DNA of 64,000 nucleotides from a virus: IMG/VR virus record IMGVR_UViG_3300024359_000009, positions 3,232 to 67,231 of that record; one strand, 5' to 3'. Shown piece by piece: positions 55,235 to 64,000 of this stretch (position 1 is its first letter; each line of letters starts with the position of its first letter). The notes under the pieces were generated by a model. It saw only the letters and a program-made list of their open reading frames with translations, ran no database searches and was not told where the DNA came from. The position numbers and the translations under genes were made by a program.

Positions 55235-56068
55235 TTATTCCTGTTTGTTCAACTCATTAAGTTGAGTTTGATACCTCTGACTTTCAATATTTTCAAGAGT
55301 CATTGAAACTGCCATTTCTACGATTTCTTGATGAGTTTGTTCTGCAAGCTCACAATTAGTCGAAGTTGATAACTTAATATCTACTGGCTTTTTAATGTAT
55401 CTAAAAAAATATGTTTCCAGTTCAAAAGAACCATCTGTGAGTAGTTCAACTTTATCATCTAACATAAGTCTCAGGACCTGGTTCTTCCAAGGCTTGTTAA
55501 ATGGATCTGTCACCACTCTGTTATAATCGTCATGTTGTAGAGGCCTGACTCCAGTCCTTTTTAACTCTACCTCACGAAAAACTCCTGTTCCTGTGTAAGT
55601 AAGAATACCTACATTAGTTACAAAAACTTTTCCTTTAGTATAGTCAATAGAGTTGAAGGTAATTGTTCCACTCGTGACGATATAAGCTGTCTGGTCCTTT
55701 AAACTACCTGAAGCGGGGGTAATCGGATTACATCCAGGGGCCTTTAAGCTTACTTCTTCATTTATCATAAACCAATAATCTGCAGGTAACGAGACAAAAA
55801 ACCCATTAGGTTTATTGTCTGTTACTTGTGAAGTTGGTACTGTTAATTCTGCGTTTTTAATTATTTCTCTTAAATCATCTGTACGCTTTTGCGTTGATTC
55901 AAAAGTAGCACGCTTAGGATTAGTAACGCCATATCGTTGTTTTACAAATCTTGATTGTGAAAGATTTAAAAACAAATCAATTTCCTCTGGCTCAATGTCA
56001 GGGTAATTATTTGTATCTGCTTTATCTAAAAGCAATTTATACGTGATATGCATTTCTGTTACTGTCAT
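55235..56068 (-). CDS. head-tail ring / adaptor protein
   Basis: EIDLFLN, FESTQKRTDDL, DPFNKP, YIKKP and CELAEQTHQEIV.MAV motifs. Confidence 0.75.
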   Translation of the reverse strand: MTVTEMHITYKLLLDKADTNNYPDIEPEEIDLFLNLSQSRFVKQRYGVTNPKRATFESTQKRTDDLREIIKNAELTVPTSQVTDNKPNGFFVSLPADYWFMINEEVSLKAPGCNPITPASGSLKDQTAYIVTSGTITFNSIDYTKGKVFVTNVGILTYTGTGVFREVELKRTGVRPLQHDDYNRVVTDPFNKPWKNQVLRLMLDDKVELLTDGSFELETYFFRYIKKPVDIKLSTSTNCELAEQTHQEIVEMAVSMTLENIESQRYQTQLNELNKQE

Positions 56069-56991
56069 TATGCGTAAGCTTCTAATTTATTCTTCAAAGA
56101 TATTAACAAATTTTGATTTCTTGGGTCTTCTAAGTGAAGAACTGTTGATTCAATATCATGTCCAATTGGTTCGTCTCCTACAAGGTAGTGAGAACCGTTC
56201 TTTCTAATCGCATTAATAGCAAGTAAATCTTCAATTAAAACTCTTGTTTTAAATCCTGAAAGATTTACAATAGCATTGAAAGCTTGAGGATCTTCTTGTA
56301 TAAGTTTATCAACAGCATTTTCAATCATAGTGTGAGACATATTCTGAGCTTTATCTCCTCTAAGTTTAAGAACATCTTTCATCTCTGCTACAGACATTTT
56401 ACTAAACTTACCGAAAGCAGCTCGTCTTTCACGTACTTCTTGATTATCTTTCTTAGCATCTTCTTCGGCATCATACACTACGTATTCAGCATTCGGCCAA
56501 TCTTCCATCTCATTAATTGAGTTAGCTACACGCTTACTCTGCATGCAGATGTGGAAATCAAGAACATCTTTTGGATTCATTAAATCCAACTCTAATTCTT
56601 TATCATAAATATGAATAGCATATTCTACCCAGTATTTACTATAAGGTGATAACATGTCTTTTTCTAAAAACAAATCAGCTTCTAATTGAGCTTGAGCTGC
56701 TTTAGATAATCCAGTGTGGAACCCACCTCTACCTTGAGAAGCTGTTATAGTATCCTTACATTTTGGAAATCTTGTAAATCCAGACCATGTTTCTTTTCTT
56801 TTTGCTTTAATTACTACCTTTCTGTTTTGGTAGATATTTGATGCGTTTACATCTATTTCTACTGGTTTAGCAGAAGTAGGCATCTCTTTAACTGCTGCAA
56901 CTGCTTTTGCCACTGCTGAAGGAGTTTTAGCTTTTGTTTTTTTAGGGATTATATCCATTCCCTCTTGATTTTCTGTGTTATCCTCTAACAT
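56068..56991 (-). CDS. conserved crAss-like capsid-module protein
   Basis: Immediately downstream of the MCP; LSPYSKYW and LDLMNPKD motifs. Confidence 0.6.
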   Translation of the reverse strand: MLEDNTENQEGMDIIPKKTKAKTPSAVAKAVAAVKEMPTSAKPVEIDVNASNIYQNRKVVIKAKRKETWSGFTRFPKCKDTITASQGRGGFHTGLSKAAQAQLEADLFLEKDMLSPYSKYWVEYAIHIYDKELELDLMNPKDVLDFHICMQSKRVANSINEMEDWPNAEYVVYDAEEDAKKDNQEVRERRAAFGKFSKMSVAEMKDVLKLRGDKAQNMSHTMIENAVDKLIQEDPQAFNAIVNLSGFKTRVLIEDLLAINAIRKNGSHYLVGDEPIGHDIESTVLHLEDPRNQNLLISLKNKLEAYA

Positions 56992-57036
56992 TTCTTTTTC
57001 CTTTTATCTCTATGAATATTAATTTCTCTCTCTTTT

Positions 57037-57072
57037 AAATAAGGCTGGACTATCTCAGCCCAGCCCTTATTT
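57037..57072 (-). terminator. intrinsic terminator after the MCP gene
   Basis: AAATAAGG-CTGG...CCAG-C-CCTTATTT inverted repeat. Confidence 0.6.
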
Positions 57073-57082
57073 TATTTTCTGC

Positions 57083-58519
57083 TTACTTAGTAGCTGTACA
57101 GATTAATTCACCACACGCAAATGGGTTTTTAACCATAATACCACACTCAGACAACATGTGTACTGAGTAACCATCTAAGTTAGATGATCTCATTGTTCCA
57201 ACAGATTTTGCAGGATTTCCGTAAGGATCGATTGATCCAGCTTCATGCCACATAATCATGTCTGAATCTTTTTTGTACACCTTTTGGATGTTAGATTCTC
57301 CACCTTGAGTACCGAAGTCTAAGATAGTAAATCTGTATGATTCAATTGGTCTACCAGTTTTCCAGTGTACCTGTCTGTTACGAACAGTGTTATCGTACAA
57401 TGGTAAATGTTTCAATGTGATCTTAGTACCATTCAATCCTTCATAAGTTTTGAATTGTCCACCTAATTTCAAATCTTGACCTTTACCAGTAACGAATACT
57501 GAATCAACAAGACGGTATTGGTTTACTGAATCTCTCAACGCTTTGTCGAACTCAGCAAATCCGTATTCACCTGTAAATGCTACAAAGTGTCTGTCAGACT
57601 CTGGAGTAACATTGTAAGATAAATCGATTAAGAAATCACGGATGATGTTCTCAGTCAATTCAGAGTAGTAACGTTTATTCGCTGGAGCAATTTGCTCACG
57701 AATACCAGCTCCTTCAAATACTGGTAAACCATTGTTACCTAACATATCTGTAGTTCCTGTTGGAGTTGAAGAGTACTCAGAGTACCATAAAGAAGCTTCA
57801 ACCTCTCTGTACCATTGAGCCATAGCTTCCCACTCAGCGAACTTAGTCCATAATTGAGTAGATTTTTTTGGATCTTCTGGATTTGCTAATGAGATAACTA
57901 AAACGTCAGTCGCTGCAGAACGTGTAACTGTGTAAGACTTTCTCAAAGTCGTTAAATGATTTCTCATTTTGAACGGAGTAGAGAAAGTAGTATTTCCACC
58001 AGTTGAAAATTCAGGTACAGTTGTGTACTCTTTTGAAAGTTGTTTACCAACTTGTAATAACGCAGGATCTACAAATTTTGTAGCATCGTTACCAGTCAAT
58101 TTAAGAGTATAAACCCATCCTTGACCATTATGAAATGGATCTTCCATTACACGAGCACGGTATTCTCTGTTGTCGAATACTAAAACATCTTGATTAGCGA
58201 ACCATTTTTCTTCCAAAAGAACCTGGAAAGATTGCTTATTAAGACCAGCATTAGCACCAGCTAAAACACCAACGATTTTAATCGCTTTTTCGTCATCTCC
58301 TTGTAAAAACCAGTCATACTCACGGTTTCCTAATTCTTTTGATCTTCCCATTCCAGAAGTCAAATATTGTAAAGGGTTTTGCCCTTGCATACCAAAGATT
58401 CTGTGTACGATTGTACTAATAACCTCTGGTTCTGTTAAAAACGCTCTTGAAAGGTGGTTTTGTTTTGTAAAACCAGAGTTCCATTTCGTTTTATAAAGTT
58501 GTAATCCGTTTACTGACAT
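57083..58519 (-). CDS. major capsid protein
   Basis: 478 aa; MRNHLTTLRKS, GAGIREQI, FTGEYG, GGQFKTY and HLPLYD patterns of crAss MCPs; follows portal and scaffold; strong codon bias. Confidence 0.88.
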   Translation of the reverse strand: MSVNGLQLYKTKWNSGFTKQNHLSRAFLTEPEVISTIVHRIFGMQGQNPLQYLTSGMGRSKELGNREYDWFLQGDDEKAIKIVGVLAGANAGLNKQSFQVLLEEKWFANQDVLVFDNREYRARVMEDPFHNGQGWVYTLKLTGNDATKFVDPALLQVGKQLSKEYTTVPEFSTGGNTTFSTPFKMRNHLTTLRKSYTVTRSAATDVLVISLANPEDPKKSTQLWTKFAEWEAMAQWYREVEASLWYSEYSSTPTGTTDMLGNNGLPVFEGAGIREQIAPANKRYYSELTENIIRDFLIDLSYNVTPESDRHFVAFTGEYGFAEFDKALRDSVNQYRLVDSVFVTGKGQDLKLGGQFKTYEGLNGTKITLKHLPLYDNTVRNRQVHWKTGRPIESYRFTILDFGTQGGESNIQKVYKKDSDMIMWHEAGSIDPYGNPAKSVGTMRSSNLDGYSVHMLSECGIMVKNPFACGELICTATK

Positions 58520-58549
58520 TACTTTAATTTTTTACGATTAATAAATAAT

Positions 58550-59785
58550 TTAAAGAAGTCTCCTAAATGATGATAAGTCTACGTCATCAGTATCTTTAGC
58601 TTTTCTCGTTCTTTTACTTTGACCTTTCAACTTCGTAGAAGAATCAAGGTTTGATAAACTGTCACGAAGTTTGCTCGAAACTTTTGTTTTGACTTTTTTC
58701 TCAATTGTGGAGAAATCAAATTTGTTGTACATTAACCAGGCCATTTTCAATTGCGCTTCAGAGTCAGCTTCAATATCTGAGAGCAATCGAGTCTTTCCTT
58801 CTTTATCCGACTCCGTTATGTACTTAAAGAAGTCTTCTTTCTTTTTAGGAGGTATTTGAAAACCAGCAATCTCCTCTTTTTCGTCAATAGTTTTTTTAAT
58901 ACTTTCAACGTAATCTTGGTGATCTTTGATTCTTTTCTGATGCTCCTGCTTTTGACCTTCTACAAGTCCGTCTTCATACTCTTGTTGTTTTCCAGCTAAC
59001 TTAGGTAAAACTCTTTTAGCTTGTTTTTCAAGTAATCCAGACTCTTCGTAGTCTTTCAATTGCTCGGCTACCTCCTCATCAGAATATCCTTGTAATCTCA
59101 TCCAATCAGTTACCAGTGCTTTTTGGACAGATTCTTTACTAAGCATGTTATCATCTAAGCTCTTATAATCAGGCATAGATTGTTTGTCTTCGACATATTT
59201 TTTAGGATCTCCTCCTGCTTCTAAATATTCAAGGAACGCTTTTGCCTCACTTGGCACGGACTCTTTGTATTTGTTTACTGCTTTTTCGACTGTTTTATCA
59301 ATCATAGTAAGTAAACCTTTTTCAGAATCTTCAAACTCTTCTTCGTCAAAATCAGCGATTCCACTTTCATCTAAAAACTTACCAAAAGTTTTAAATGGAG
59401 AATCTTCTTCATCATCGTCATCAGCGTCATCCTCATCGTCATCATCCTCATTGTCATCTTGCTCTTCTTTTTTTGAATCGCTTTTTTTATCTGACTTTTT
59501 ATCTTTAGATACTTCCTCTGGAGTGTCATCTTCCTCATCATCGTCTTCTTCATCAGTTTCTTCTTCTAATGAAGCTACGTTTTTGATTTCAATTGAATCA
59601 TCTTTTCCAGTTCGTGCATCTACGATACCACCTTTCCCATCAGGACTCTCATCTCCTGTTTTTCCTGGGTCTTCTTCAAATAGACTATTACCAAATCCTG
59701 TCTTTTCATCATCACTCACTACTGAGTCTGATGCAAGTAGGTTAAATCCTGATAAGTCTAAGTCTCCTGTCTCTATTTTACTCAT
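58550..59785 (-). CDS. putative capsid scaffolding protein
   Basis: Very acidic low-complexity N-terminus and coiled-coil C-terminus, between portal and MCP. Confidence 0.7.
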   Translation of the reverse strand: MSKIETGDLDLSGFNLLASDSVVSDDEKTGFGNSLFEEDPGKTGDESPDGKGGIVDARTGKDDSIEIKNVASLEEETDEEDDDEEDDTPEEVSKDKKSDKKSDSKKEEQDDNEDDDDEDDADDDDEEDSPFKTFGKFLDESGIADFDEEEFEDSEKGLLTMIDKTVEKAVNKYKESVPSEAKAFLEYLEAGGDPKKYVEDKQSMPDYKSLDDNMLSKESVQKALVTDWMRLQGYSDEEVAEQLKDYEESGLLEKQAKRVLPKLAGKQQEYEDGLVEGQKQEHQKRIKDHQDYVESIKKTIDEKEEIAGFQIPPKKKEDFFKYITESDKEGKTRLLSDIEADSEAQLKMAWLMYNKFDFSTIEKKVKTKVSSKLRDSLSNLDSSTKLKGQSKRTRKAKDTDDVDLSSFRRLL

Positions 59786-59790
59786 GTTTA

Positions 59791-59798
59791 CAAATTTA
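59791..59798 (-). promoter_or_regulatory. putative -7 promoter box (TAAATTTG), 5 nt before the ATG
   Basis: TAnnTTTG match; the spacing would give a leaderless or near-leaderless mRNA. Confidence 0.45.
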
Positions 59799-59856
59799 GA
59801 ATTATAATCAAATTATTTATACTTATTAAACTTTTTTTCTCTCATACTATAGCCCT

Positions 59857-62262
59857 TTATTGGTTTGGCTTATTACTTTCGGCTTTTCTAAGCTCTAATT
59901 CACGTTCTTTTAGGTTTAATTCCCTATTAGATTTTTCTCTTTCATCAGCCATCTTTTGTAACTTCATATTGTTTTCTGTTACATATTTTTCTCTGTCTAT
60001 AGAATCTCTAACCCCATTATTGTTACGATCTATATCCATAAGTTTTGCTTGAGCTTGTATATTAGCAACTTCAACTTTAGTAGCATTAGCTTCAGCAGCC
60101 CTTCTGTCCTCTCTATTTTGTTTTTCGATTTCAGTTTGTTGCATAACTTCAGCAGCTTTTGTTTGAGCTTCTCTATCTGCTTGCGCTGATTGTTCTTGTC
60201 TCTGCTCTGTTTTCTCCTGGCTTCTTTCAAGCTCTCTTGTAATTTCTGCAAGAGAATCTGTTTGCATCATTTGAGCAAAAGAAGATATTTTCATATTTCC
60301 TGACTGCATTGCTTGTTGTGCTGACATTCTTAATGTTTCAAGAGCTTTAATATCTTTAGAACTATTAGTTATAAAAATACCATACTCAGCATCATGGAAC
60401 ATTCCTTCTTCTAAATCAATAAATACTCTGGACATATCACCAAGTACATATTGTAATTTTTTAGTGCCTCTCCATGCTATTTTAGCTACATCAATAAGTG
60501 CTTCGTAAACTCTACGTTTAACTTCATCATGGTTTGAAAACCAATATTCTGTAATATGACTCGATTGTGTTACAGCTCTTTCTGTATTACCAACTAATTC
60601 TGAAGAACTAATTTGTCCCATACGTTGTCTTGACACACCTGCTAATTCTTCTAACTCAGTTTTAATCTGATTCAACATCATTACGTGTTGATTGATATAG
60701 TTACCCATCGATAAATCTATAGAACTAAATTGATTGAAAGTAGAAGTCTGGCCTTGTTTCCCTTCTTCTGCAGAGTTTATAAACATAATACCCATAGACT
60801 CTAAATAGTATAACCAACTATCTACATCCCATCCTTCTGAACGAGGAATCTGAGCAATATCCATTACAGCTAATTTTCCTTTAGATTTAGCAAACGCTAA
60901 TTCGGTACGGTACATTAGTATATTGTACATGTATTGATAAGGTTTCATTCTATCAATTAAAGAAATAGATTCTGAATTTCTTGCATTATATAAATACCCT
61001 ACATATCCTGACTTACAAATTGCTGGATTATCGATACTTCTTCTTTGGTTAGCTTTCGCTTGGATATTTACATAAATATCATCTCCAATTTTAGTACCTT
61101 CCCACCATTCATTAACCCAGTCCCATTTAATACGCATAGGTAAATCTGTTAATGAGTCAGTCCAGTTATAAAACTTATCTCTATCCTTGGTAGCCTCTGA
61201 AGGAACATCAAAGTCTTCATCAACGATTTCTTCATCCCAATTTTCTGTTTCAGGATCGAATACCTGTAAAAACCCTATTTTCTTCAGAGATTTCCACTCT
61301 ACACGAATAACTCTTACGTTTCCTTCTCCGTCATAAACATTTGCACCACTATTTGCACTTCTGTAAGCATCATCACCTTGGATTCTTATTTCAGATACAT
61401 TGTAATTCAAATCATTATTTGGAGATTTACCAGAACCATGGTTAGTCATTTCTTCTATGTCACATATTTCTTTCTCCGTTAAATCTTCATTAAATTCATC
61501 TATTACAGAACCTAAAGCCATCCATCTTTCTTCGATCACTGCTTGAGCGTCTTCTATGTATGGATTATCTTTATCTGTTACTACTGTAATGTCAAGTGGA
61601 TTACAAACACGTACTATTGGTTTTCCACCTACTGTACCAACCCAATAAATTTCTCTACCAGATAAAAGAGCATCTTTCATTCCATCATTAAACTTAAATA
61701 AAAGTCTTTGTTGCTCTTCTAAATATTTTAATAAGTCGTGAGCAGTTTTCTCACGCATATCTTGGTATTCGTATTTTAAAAATTTATCTAATTCTTCTGG
61801 AGGCATTGGTGGTCCACTTTCTCCAGGAACTCCACCATTATAAGCTTGCTCAAATACTTTAACTAATTCTTTTTGAATTATCTCAACCTTTTCTTTTTCG
61901 ATTTCACTTATTGCGTCAGAGTTAGTTGTAATAGCTCTGTAATTTAAAGGTCTTTTGATTTCTTCTCCAATTAACAAATTAATTTTAGGAGATATAATAT
62001 CATAGTGTTGTAAGTTTGCAGGAAACTCTCCTTGCTTCATTCCATACGGATTTGTTACGTATTCAAAATCTGAAGGATCTAATTTACCATTATATAAATC
62101 GTAATTTACTTGTAAGTTTTGAGAAGTACCAGAAGCACCAGAAAAACTATCTGATGTGACATAAGTCTCAAATGAGTCTATAATTGTTTTACCCCAATCT
62201 TTTGTTTTCTTACTTTTAGGTAATTTCTGTCTTGGTATATTATTTTTTCCTGAAGCTTCCAT
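59857..62262 (-). CDS. portal protein
   Basis: PRQKLP..KKTKDW, NYDLYNG, YDIISPKINLLIGEEIKRP, SLIDRMKPYQY, GVSRQRMG; follows TerL. Confidence 0.9.
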   Translation of the reverse strand: MEASGKNNIPRQKLPKSKKTKDWGKTIIDSFETYVTSDSFSGASGTSQNLQVNYDLYNGKLDPSDFEYVTNPYGMKQGEFPANLQHYDIISPKINLLIGEEIKRPLNYRAITTNSDAISEIEKEKVEIIQKELVKVFEQAYNGGVPGESGPPMPPEELDKFLKYEYQDMREKTAHDLLKYLEEQQRLLFKFNDGMKDALLSGREIYWVGTVGGKPIVRVCNPLDITVVTDKDNPYIEDAQAVIEERWMALGSVIDEFNEDLTEKEICDIEEMTNHGSGKSPNNDLNYNVSEIRIQGDDAYRSANSGANVYDGEGNVRVIRVEWKSLKKIGFLQVFDPETENWDEEIVDEDFDVPSEATKDRDKFYNWTDSLTDLPMRIKWDWVNEWWEGTKIGDDIYVNIQAKANQRRSIDNPAICKSGYVGYLYNARNSESISLIDRMKPYQYMYNILMYRTELAFAKSKGKLAVMDIAQIPRSEGWDVDSWLYYLESMGIMFINSAEEGKQGQTSTFNQFSSIDLSMGNYINQHVMMLNQIKTELEELAGVSRQRMGQISSSELVGNTERAVTQSSHITEYWFSNHDEVKRRVYEALIDVAKIAWRGTKKLQYVLGDMSRVFIDLEEGMFHDAEYGIFITNSSKDIKALETLRMSAQQAMQSGNMKISSFAQMMQTDSLAEITRELERSQEKTEQRQEQSAQADREAQTKAAEVMQQTEIEKQNREDRRAAEANATKVEVANIQAQAKLMDIDRNNNGVRDSIDREKYVTENNMKLQKMADEREKSNRELNLKERELELRKAESNKPNQ

Positions 62263-62290
62263 ACTTTTCTTTTCTATAATAAAAATATTA

Positions 62291-62298
62291 CAAATATA
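62291..62298 (-). promoter_or_regulatory. putative -7 promoter box (TATATTTG)
   Basis: TAnnTTTG in the terL-portal gap. Confidence 0.55.
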
Positions 62299-62324
62299 CT
62301 TAATTCAAATTGCATTTTTTTATA

Positions 62325-64000
62325 TTATCTATGGTTCTTTTTAAATAAAGGTCTGTTAAAGAAACTATTTTGTGGTATTACTCTGTGTAAACCTTCTTCT
62401 TTTGCAACAACCTTATGGTTTTCTTGTGAATGAAACATACATAACATAAATGATATAACACGGTCAAAATTTCCTCTCTTGTTATATTTTATCAACTCTT
62501 GTAATAAAGGTATTGAATATAATGTATCCAAATTCCTTATAACATCTCCAGACTCAGTTTCACCTCTTTCTTCCATCAACCAATCTCTAATATAAAGCTC
62601 TCCTTGATTTTTTATTGGCTCACTCATGTGAATACCATATCCTCTATGTGTTTTAGAGTTAGGAACAATATCTTTTAAAATTGAAGGTTGTTGTTTTAAC
62701 AAATGTAAACATTTTTTCTGTTCAAAATATATCTTTAAACCTTTCAAGTTATTCTCATACAGAGTTTGCGCATTGTAATATTCTAATAATTTACGAATTG
62801 TTTCATAATATTCTTTAGCTGTTTCAGGTCTCCCTGTATATTCAGCTACAATCATATTATATGTTTTATCAAAATTTTGAAATGTTTTGTAGATAAATGT
62901 ACTTCCTAATGAAGTAGTAGTAGAACTATCCTGATCGTATGGATCGGTTCCAGCTACGTATAATCCAAATGGTATTAAACCTGCATGGTCTTTATACGGA
63001 TGTTCCCAAATAACTACACATCCTTCAGAGTCTTCATTATCTTTAATTGGAAATTTATTTATAGCTCTTAAAGTCGGATCTCCTTTCCATCGAACTTTTA
63101 CATTTTTATCATCTGTTTCAGTATTCCAATATAACTCTCCAGTTTGACCTAATGGAGACATTCTATTAGATGCTTCTATTTTAGATAAGTGTCTTTGTAA
63201 TTCAATAGTTGGAAATATATTACCTGCAACTTGTAAGAAAGCTTCTTGTGGTGTTTTTGGAAACTGAGTAATGTATTTTTCCCATGTAGTACGAGAATCA
63301 CTTGTTTTCATTACTTCTCTTTCTCTATCTAACCAAAACTCCGCTGCTTCCCTATTAGAATTACCATCTTTGTCAACCATATCAAAAGTATGCTCATCCT
63401 CTTCAAGTTCCATAAAAAATTTAGTAAGCTTTGGAAACTTCTCTTCTACCGGAACAAGTTGTTCTCTTGTAATATGTACTTGTCCTGGTTTATACCACAT
63501 ATCATCTATAAACAAACCACAAGAACTATTTGAATTTCCTTCTTCGTATTCATTTACATAAGGTCTTAACCAATACTTCTCTGGATTGTAAAACATTTCA
63601 GAAAAATCGTTAGAACCTCCATCCATATCACCACCTGTTCCAAAAATAATCGGCATACCAATCATTTCAGCTCCATCTCTGAATACAGGAGCAGTAACCA
63701 TGTATGATTGAATTAAGTTCGGCCACTTACCAGCCTCTTCAAATAAAAACAATTCTGCTTTTTTACCAATCGCTGCAGAGAAGTTATCTTTAAATGTAAG
63801 TGTGTAAATCTCTGAATTATACCCAGCCCACACTTCGTTTCCATCTAAGTTTTCTTTGAATCTTGCTTTGACGTGATCTTTTCTATCTGGATTTCTACGT
63901 TTACCCCAAGCAGTATTTTTATTTAAAAAGTTAAGTACATCCAATGCCATATACATAGTGGCTTGAGAATACTCATCTAAATAAGCACCTATAATACTTG
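62325..64000 (-). CDS. terL: terminase large subunit (5' end outside the window)
   Basis: Walker B FLFEEAG, FGTGG coupling motif, nuclease GTDPYD, YENN and NFDRV; frame is open to the window edge. Confidence 0.92.
   Translation of the reverse strand, partial: SIIGAYLDEYSQATMYMALDVLNFLNKNTAWGKRRNPDRKDHVKARFKENLDGNEVWAGYNSEIYTLTFKDNFSAAIGKKAELFLFEEAGKWPNLIQSYMVTAPVFRDGAEMIGMPIIFGTGGDMDGGSNDFSEMFYNPEKYWLRPYVNEYEEGNSNSSCGLFIDDMWYKPGQVHITREQLVPVEEKFPKLTKFFMELEEDEHTFDMVDKDGNSNREAAEFWLDREREVMKTSDSRTTWEKYITQFPKTPQEAFLQVAGNIFPTIELQRHLSKIEASNRMSPLGQTGELYWNTETDDKNVKVRWKGDPTLRAINKFPIKDNEDSEGCVVIWEHPYKDHAGLIPFGLYVAGTDPYDQDSSTTTSLGSTFIYKTFQNFDKTYNMIVAEYTGRPETAKEYYETIRKLLEYYNAQTLYENNLKGLKIYFEQKKCLHLLKQQPSILKDIVPNSKTHRGYGIHMSEPIKNQGELYIRDWLMEERGETESGDVIRNLDTLYSIPLLQELIKYNKRGNFDRVISFMLCMFHSQENHKVVAKEEGLHRVIPQNSFFNRPLFKKNHR

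Noticed and set aside
59184-59807. 207-aa Ser-rich + strand ORF
   Set aside because: Antisense reading of the Asp/Glu-rich scaffold codons.
1-64000. Stop-codon reassignment (TAG or TGA recoding, known in some crAss-like phages)
   Set aside because: All core genes, including a 13-kb ORF, are intact under the standard code, coding density is high, and I saw no suppressor tRNA.
1-64000. tRNA genes, CRISPR arrays, integrase or att sites
   Set aside because: Intergenic gaps are short; I recognised no cloverleaf, spaced direct repeats or recombinase motifs.

Overview
A 64 kb segment of a crAss-like (Crassvirales-type, podovirus-like) phage genome, AT-rich and read with the standard code. The host is probably Bacteroidota, judged from TAnnTTTG promoter boxes and A-rich leaders without Shine-Dalgarno sites. 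The + arm (1-14198) is a replication/recombination module: PolA, SF2 helicase, initiator-like protein, DnaB, Sak4-like ATPase, SSB, DnaG, RusA-like resolvase, 5'-3' exonuclease and a MoxR-AAA/VWA pair. It meets the - arm (14245-64000) at a bidirectional terminator. In transcription order the - arm encodes TerL (cut off by the window edge), portal, scaffold, major capsid, accessory capsid and ring proteins, tail hub and fibres, IHF-like protein, muzzle, and the ejected cargo cluster. The cargo cluster holds the most unusual signals: (1) an A9 slippery site that would fuse a 981-aa cargo protein to an NlpC/P60 cell-wall hydrolase in the -1 frame; (2) a 4424-aa virion RNA polymerase polyprotein with a P-loop kinase-like domain 18 residues after the catalytic DxDxD, a zincin protease and a motif-flanked ART-like cassette; (3) a 1194-aa protein split into modules by repeated xxGG motifs, one of them resembling an outer-membrane beta-barrel. 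All assignments come from motif recognition and gene order by eye; no database searches were run.
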